DNA of 64,000 nucleotides from Escherichia phage AnYang. The stretch lies in sequence record MK234886. The stretch is one strand, 5' to 3'. Each line of letters opens with the position of its first letter. Position 1 is the stretch's first letter. A program made the position numbers and the translations under genes. A model generated the notes under the pieces. That model had not been told where the DNA came from, ran no database searches, and saw nothing but the letters and a program-made list of their open reading frames with translations. Of this stretch, positions 59,088 through 64,000 are shown one piece after another.

Positions 59088-59089
59088 AC

Positions 59090-61801
59090 TTAAAAGTCAA
59101 ACATGTCAAATAATGTTGCTTTTTTCTCGTAGTCGATTTTAGCAGACTCGGTAAAACCGGTCAGAGGCTTGATAAAGGTCTTTTGGAACAGTACGTTGTA
59201 GTCCATCCAACGGAGGACTTGGTCACGAATCTGAATCGGAAGTTCAATACCTGAAGGCCATGCCATACAAGCTTCACCAAACGGGTTGCCTTCTTTAAGT
59301 GGCAGTACGTATACCTTTTCACCATCAACGATACGAGGCATAGTCAAATCACCAGCAGAAGCACGCATGTAAGCTAAGCAACCTTTGATGTGGTACGGAC
59401 ACTTAGAACCAGGGAATCCGCCTTCATTATATTTCTCGATGTTGTTAGCACTGGATACTGCTGCAATGCTTACATAGTCCAGTTCGTTAAATTCCTTATT
59501 AAACTGTTTGAAATATTCTTGCAAAGATGCCTCGCCTTCCTGAAGCATACGACGGATACATTCTTTCAGAGCTTTCTGAACCGCTTTAGGTGTACTTGAT
59601 TTCTGGGTTTCGAGCCCCATGATTTTCAAGTGTGGTTCGGCATAACGAGTGCCTTCCATGTCCCAAACGTTAAGTGCATAACGTTTCTTGCCTGTCCAGA
59701 ATCCACCAAGACCTTTAGAACCAAGTGGAGGACCTGCGATAGCTTCTCGGTCCATGAACATCAAGTGTTGTTTGTTGTTCATGTACTCGCACATCTCACG
59801 GAAGCCTGCATCAATAGCTGGTTCCATACGTTCACGTGCAAATTTATCTAAGAAGTCAACCCAGTGGTTAGTGTCACGGAATTTATCTTCGCCTACTTTA
59901 TTGATGATTGCATCTGCCTTAACATAAATGGAGTCGGTATCACCGTAGAGCACGAACTTCTGATTTTCAGTCTTACACACGCTATTCAGATATTCGTTAA
60001 CCTTACGTTCAATCCATTGGAGGGCCATTTGACCAAACAGTGTGATTGCAGTTGCGTTCCTAAGGTCATAGTAACGGAACCATACGTTACCAAGTGCACC
60101 ATAAAGGGAGTTGATAAGCAACTTACGGTTAATCTGAGCAGTGTTACCTGCAACTTCAGTGAGCTCGGCTTTCTTCAACATTTCTCTTAAAGAAGGCGCT
60201 GACAGTGCTTTAATCTGGGCTTTGATTTCGTCAGAGAAGTCAAAACGATAATCGATATCCAGTGGACTATCAACTGAGAGATTAGGATTTTCCAATGCTT
60301 CTTTAATTAACTCGCCATTACGTTGAGCTGCAAGCATGTAACCTTTATGTTCTTTACGCTGCAAGAATACCTTGGTGATTTCTGTCGGAATCACACCTTC
60401 ACGGTCTTTATAATACATCATGCCGTTAGGAGAGCAACTGTAGGTGTCGCTAGGACGCTGAGCAGTTCCGGCAATATATTCATGTATCGGTGCGTTAGCG
60501 AATGTGCCTGCGATGGTCTCTGGGCTTATATTCACTTGTCGAATGATACTCGGATACAGAGATGTAAGGTCGAAACTCATTACATATTTGTAAGCGTTAG
60601 GAATAGGTTCCTTAACGAAAGCACCAGGATAAGGTTGGACCACGTGTGAACGAGCTTGTGGAATTACCTTGCCTTGTTCTTTAAGACTATTAAAGATAAT
60701 AGCATCCCAAGTCTTAATTGGACTGAACACCGACTGAATCTGCATCTTAGCATAATACCCCATGTCCAAACTCAGAAGAATGAACTGGCGTTTCATATCA
60801 ATCTGCACTACACGATATACGTCGATAATGTTATAGGAAATATATCGTTGGTGGTTAGTCTCACGTAACTTGGAGATTGGACCATCATATTTCAACTTAC
60901 CTACTTTCAATTCATATTCAGAAACATAATCCAGAGAATAAGAAGGCTGGTTGGTAAAGCTGAATTTTTTATATAGGTCGATATAATCCAGAACAGAGAT
61001 ACCGAACAAAGTAATGATTTCACGAGCACCGTACATGTTCTCGATAACTTTAACACGAGTTTTACGATGTGGGCTTAATCGCTTAGCAGTGTTCTCACCG
61101 AACAGATTTTTCAGACGGTTATAAACGTATGGTACGTCAAACGACTCAACGTTCCATCCAGTCAAAATCACAGGAGTTTTCTGTTGCCAGAAGTTCAGAT
61201 ACTCAAGCATCATTTCTTCTTCAGAATTAAACGGAAGATAAACGATTTTGTCAATGATTTCTTGTGGAACTTCGTCACCACCTTCGTCTTGGAGTTTCTC
61301 AGCGATTTTAATCGACCACTCTTCAACAGTACCATAAGGTGAAACTAAAAGGTCGAATACATAGAATTTATCGTCAATCGAGTCGTAGTGGGTAATGGCA
61401 TCGATAGGATGTTTAGCCTGAGCTGGTTCAGGGAATCCATCAGGAGATGTTACCTCGATGTCGAAGTTAGCAATACGAATCTTAGAAGAATCATACTTGA
61501 TTTCTTTACGATAGGTATCGGACAAATAGGCTAATTTGTAGTCGTCCATACCCAGGGCTTCGAGACCCATATCGTCCATGCGTTTCATCCATTGGGATGC
61601 ATCACGCATAGAGTCAAATTCTTTCTTAACACAACCCTTACCATAGATATCAATGTATTTTACGGCTTGCTCTGGATTGGCATGCATAAACATTGTAGGC
61701 TTGTAAGGAACTTCACGACTACGTTCGTTACCATTTTTATCGATGTAACGTTCGAGAATATTATCACCGATTTGTTCGACTGTCAAATAGAATTCTTGCA
61801 T
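59090..61801 (-). CDS. 43: DNA polymerase gp43 (family B)
   Basis: Start at MQEFYLTVEQIGDN (track ORF has a 20-codon extension); 903 aa; exo motifs FDIEV, polymerase motifs DLTSLYPSI, YGDTDS; reads closer to RB69 gp43 than T4, from memory. Confidence 0.9.
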   Translation of the reverse strand: MQEFYLTVEQIGDNILERYIDKNGNERSREVPYKPTMFMHANPEQAVKYIDIYGKGCVKKEFDSMRDASQWMKRMDDMGLEALGMDDYKLAYLSDTYRKEIKYDSSKIRIANFDIEVTSPDGFPEPAQAKHPIDAITHYDSIDDKFYVFDLLVSPYGTVEEWSIKIAEKLQDEGGDEVPQEIIDKIVYLPFNSEEEMMLEYLNFWQQKTPVILTGWNVESFDVPYVYNRLKNLFGENTAKRLSPHRKTRVKVIENMYGAREIITLFGISVLDYIDLYKKFSFTNQPSYSLDYVSEYELKVGKLKYDGPISKLRETNHQRYISYNIIDVYRVVQIDMKRQFILLSLDMGYYAKMQIQSVFSPIKTWDAIIFNSLKEQGKVIPQARSHVVQPYPGAFVKEPIPNAYKYVMSFDLTSLYPSIIRQVNISPETIAGTFANAPIHEYIAGTAQRPSDTYSCSPNGMMYYKDREGVIPTEITKVFLQRKEHKGYMLAAQRNGELIKEALENPNLSVDSPLDIDYRFDFSDEIKAQIKALSAPSLREMLKKAELTEVAGNTAQINRKLLINSLYGALGNVWFRYYDLRNATAITLFGQMALQWIERKVNEYLNSVCKTENQKFVLYGDTDSIYVKADAIINKVGEDKFRDTNHWVDFLDKFARERMEPAIDAGFREMCEYMNNKQHLMFMDREAIAGPPLGSKGLGGFWTGKKRYALNVWDMEGTRYAEPHLKIMGLETQKSSTPKAVQKALKECIRRMLQEGEASLQEYFKQFNKEFNELDYVSIAAVSSANNIEKYNEGGFPGSKCPYHIKGCLAYMRASAGDLTMPRIVDGEKVYVLPLKEGNPFGEACMAWPSGIELPIQIRDQVLRWMDYNVLFQKTFIKPLTGFTESAKIDYEKKATLFDMFDF

Positions 61802-61859
61802 TTCATTTCCTTTATAGACGAGTGATTGTCTTTTGTTTGTTGATGAATCATTATACTCC

Positions 61860-61880
61860 AAAAGGGACCGAAGTCCCTTT
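61860..61880. terminator. hairpin flanked by A and T runs (possible bidirectional terminator upstream of gene 43)
   Basis: AAAA-GGGACC-GAAG-TCCC-TTT. Confidence 0.4.
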
Positions 61881-61882
61881 GC

Positions 61883-62098
61883 TTAAATTTCTATTGTAAA
61901 ACGTTTAATGGTTGGATTGCCATATTCGTCTTTAGTTCTAATCATAGCCTGGAAGACTTGTTGACCTGGATGTAATAACTTATGGAGGTCCTTTTGAAAT
62001 TCTATTTGGAGCTCTTCGGAAAGGTCAAAAACAGTTTGAGTTGGGGAAAGTCCGTATACCTCTTTAAGACGTTCACACATTTCAATTTCAAGAATCAT
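61883..62098 (-). CDS. hypothetical small protein
   Basis: Track ORF trimmed to MILEIEMCERL; the longer form overlaps regA. Confidence 0.3.
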   Translation of the reverse strand: MILEIEMCERLKEVYGLSPTQTVFDLSEELQIEFQKDLHKLLHPGQQVFQAMIRTKDEYGNPTIKRFTIEI

Positions 62099-62099
62099 A

Positions 62100-62462
62100 T
62101 TAATTACCAATGGTGTACTTAGACAGTAGTTCCCAGTCATTTTTCTGCTTAAAGGAAATGACACGGAAGTTATTGGTGATTTCGAACAGTTCAGATTCAT
62201 CTACAATATCAATCAGTCCCCACTCCTTAAGAAGCTGGGCAATCGAATCACGACGTTGGTAGTCTTCACCGTCGATATCGACTTGTCGACCGTCCATACG
62301 CAACATCTCTTTAAAGTGGACAATATAATATCGACCTTGCTTTTGCAAAATGTGACAGGATTGATATAGTTTCTTTTCTTTATTATTAGCGATACCCATA
62401 CGAGTTAGGGTCTCTTTCACTTTCAAGAAGTCTTCAGGTTGTTTCAGAGTAATTTCAATCAT
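62100..62462 (-). CDS. regA: translational repressor RegA
   Basis: 120 aa; near-identical to T4 RegA (MIEITLK.PEDFLKVKETLTRMGIANNK). Confidence 0.9.
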   Translation of the reverse strand: MIEITLKQPEDFLKVKETLTRMGIANNKEKKLYQSCHILQKQGRYYIVHFKEMLRMDGRQVDIDGEDYQRRDSIAQLLKEWGLIDIVDESELFEITNNFRVISFKQKNDWELLSKYTIGN

Positions 62463-62468
62463 TTTAAT

Positions 62469-63041
62469 TTACCATTCCAATGCTTTCTTTTTCAAGTCTT
62501 TTTGTTCTTTAACATTTTTGGTTACAGATTTCAGGAATTCGTCCGTAACCAACCCTTTCATCTTCTTAAGCACTGCTGGAAGATGGCCTTTAATTTTATA
62601 AGTCTCGAGATAACGATAAGCGTCATCATTATTAATTGAATGGTATTTCATCAATAAACGAGTAATAAAAACTACACTAACTTCATCATCATGGGCCTTA
62701 GCCCATTTACCAAATCTCTTACCCTTAGGAACCGCATGTAAAAGATAGTTGAAATGACTTTGGTCATCAAGTTTCAGACAGTTAACCATTGCAGCCTGCA
62801 TAATGCAATCCACATGTTGGCTCAAACTATTATCGAGCCAAAATTGATTGTAGTTTTCCGACTGAGCCAAGTTACGTTGGTTCTTACCATATGTGATATC
62901 GTTCATAATGGCAAACAATTCGTTTTCAGCCTTTTCTTTAAATGAATCGGCCAAGGCTTGAATAGCGGCATCGTTACGTTGTTTCCAAGCAACTTCATGT
63001 TCGTTCAGTTCAACGTCATCATCAAAAAGACTTATAGCCAT
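62469..63041 (-). CDS. 62: clamp loader small subunit gp62
   Basis: 190 aa; size and synteny. Confidence 0.9.
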   Translation of the reverse strand: MAISLFDDDVELNEHEVAWKQRNDAAIQALADSFKEKAENELFAIMNDITYGKNQRNLAQSENYNQFWLDNSLSQHVDCIMQAAMVNCLKLDDQSHFNYLLHAVPKGKRFGKWAKAHDDEVSVVFITRLLMKYHSINNDDAYRYLETYKIKGHLPAVLKKMKGLVTDEFLKSVTKNVKEQKDLKKKALEW

Positions 63042-63991
63042 TGGAGCTCCAGAGCAAGTTGGATGAACAGATAAGTCATGTGAATTTCTGGGTTAGCTGC
63101 AATACCATGGTATTGGTTATTTTCACCGACAATTTCATACATTCTAACAATGCTTGGTCCAGGCAATTTACCATAGAGTTCGTTAGCCAGTGTCATAATA
63201 AAGTTGGAATAGTCATTGACATGGCGCGGAGCTAATGCACGGAGTTCTTTAAAGTTTTTATCTTTCAGTGCAGCCACTACTTCATCGATAGGCGAATTGG
63301 TATTCATTACAATACTCAAAATGCCTGTATCGATTTTACCACCGGATGAGTAACGGTCCAGTTGGTTAACTGTTTTACGGAAGTCAGGAAAGTTTTGCTT
63401 AACTAAGGCAGCAATAACTTTAAGGTCTTCGACTTCGATATTTTCGTTTTTACAGATTGCTACAGCACGATGAATCATTTCTTTCATCATGGATGTTTGG
63501 TCGGCCGGAGTGGCTTCACCAAATTTAATAACACGACAACGGGATTGAAGTGGACCAATAATACCATCAATATTGTTTGCTGTAATAATTACAGAACAGT
63601 TTGAGGAATAGGCTTCTAAGAACGAACGAAGGTGACGTTGAGCTTCAGCAACACCAGCACGGTCGAATTCGTCGATAACAATTACCTTACGCTTACCTTC
63701 GATAGATTTTGAAGATGCAAAACGAGTAAGTTCATTACGAACGAAATCAATACGGCAGTCGGAACCGTTAACAAACAGCATGTCTGAATTTGTATCAGCA
63801 CACAATGCTTTAGCTACGGTAGTTTTGCCCGTGCCTGGTGAAGCAGAGACTAGGATAATGTTAGGGATTAGGCCCTTATTAACAATGGCTTGGAGAGTTT
63901 CTTTATCATGTGCAGGCAGAATACATTCAGATAAAGTACCCGGACGATATTTCTGTTCCCACATGAATTCATTATTATTTACTGTAAGCAT
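63032..63991 (-). CDS. 44: clamp loader large subunit gp44 (AAA+)
   Basis: 319 aa; Walker A SPGTGKTT, near-collinear with T4 gp44. Confidence 0.9.
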   Translation of the reverse strand: MLTVNNNEFMWEQKYRPGTLSECILPAHDKETLQAIVNKGLIPNIILVSASPGTGKTTVAKALCADTNSDMLFVNGSDCRIDFVRNELTRFASSKSIEGKRKVIVIDEFDRAGVAEAQRHLRSFLEAYSSNCSVIITANNIDGIIGPLQSRCRVIKFGEATPADQTSMMKEMIHRAVAICKNENIEVEDLKVIAALVKQNFPDFRKTVNQLDRYSSGGKIDTGILSIVMNTNSPIDEVVAALKDKNFKELRALAPRHVNDYSNFIMTLANELYGKLPGPSIVRMYEIVGENNQYHGIAANPEIHMTYLFIQLALELQWL

Positions 63992-64000
63992 ATTAATTTC

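Noticed and set aside
28975-59089. N-terminal extensions of several minus-strand track ORFs (for example MFTYAMDGVTIFLSTNEENK at 29241-29301, MFTTVYGSDTIDLSTNEELK at 49862-49922, 21 codons upstream of imm, 20 codons upstream of gp43)
   Set aside because: These codons are read-through of the conserved promoter/leader/RBS motif or lack an RBS; internal starts with good RBS were used instead.
61883-62200. 105-aa ORF overlapping regA
   Set aside because: Its 5' part overlaps the well-supported regA gene in another frame; only the non-overlapping 61883-62098 part is kept, at low confidence.

Overview
This window is a ~64 kb segment of a T4-like (Tevenvirinae) myovirus genome, read entirely by manual translation and recall of T4/RB69 protein sequences; no database search or alignment was run. 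Gene order is syntenic with T4: rnlA(partial)-denA-nrdB-nrdA-td-frd-32-59-33-dsbA-rnh on the minus strand, the late block 34-35-36-37-38-t on the plus strand, then asiA-motA-52-stp-ndd-rIIB-rIIA-39-dexA-dda-modA/modB-soc-56-61-41-40-uvsX-42-43-regA-62-44 on the minus strand. The DNA polymerase looks closer to the RB69 type than to T4 (from memory). Differences from T4 are intron-less td and nrdB, a single fused 39/60 topoisomerase ORF, three to four GIY-YIG homing-endonuclease-like genes, a T2-type gp38 adhesin, and many small accessory ORFs. The most interesting locus is a translationally coupled module at 53913-58087, between uvsX and the imm-like gene, where T4 carries beta-gt next to gene 42. 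It encodes an orphan protein, a divergent gp42-like hydroxymethylase, a P-loop kinase, a HAD phosphatase and a nucleotidyltransferase/kinase fusion, which I interpret as a phage-encoded NDP-sugar route for a non-glucose modification of 5-hmC. A second accessory island (48569-50836) sits between primase and helicase. Regulatory architecture is clear: at least 15 copies of a conserved early-promoter/leader motif upstream of minus-strand genes, TATAAATA late promoters, and hairpin terminators. No tRNA, rRNA or CRISPR array was seen.
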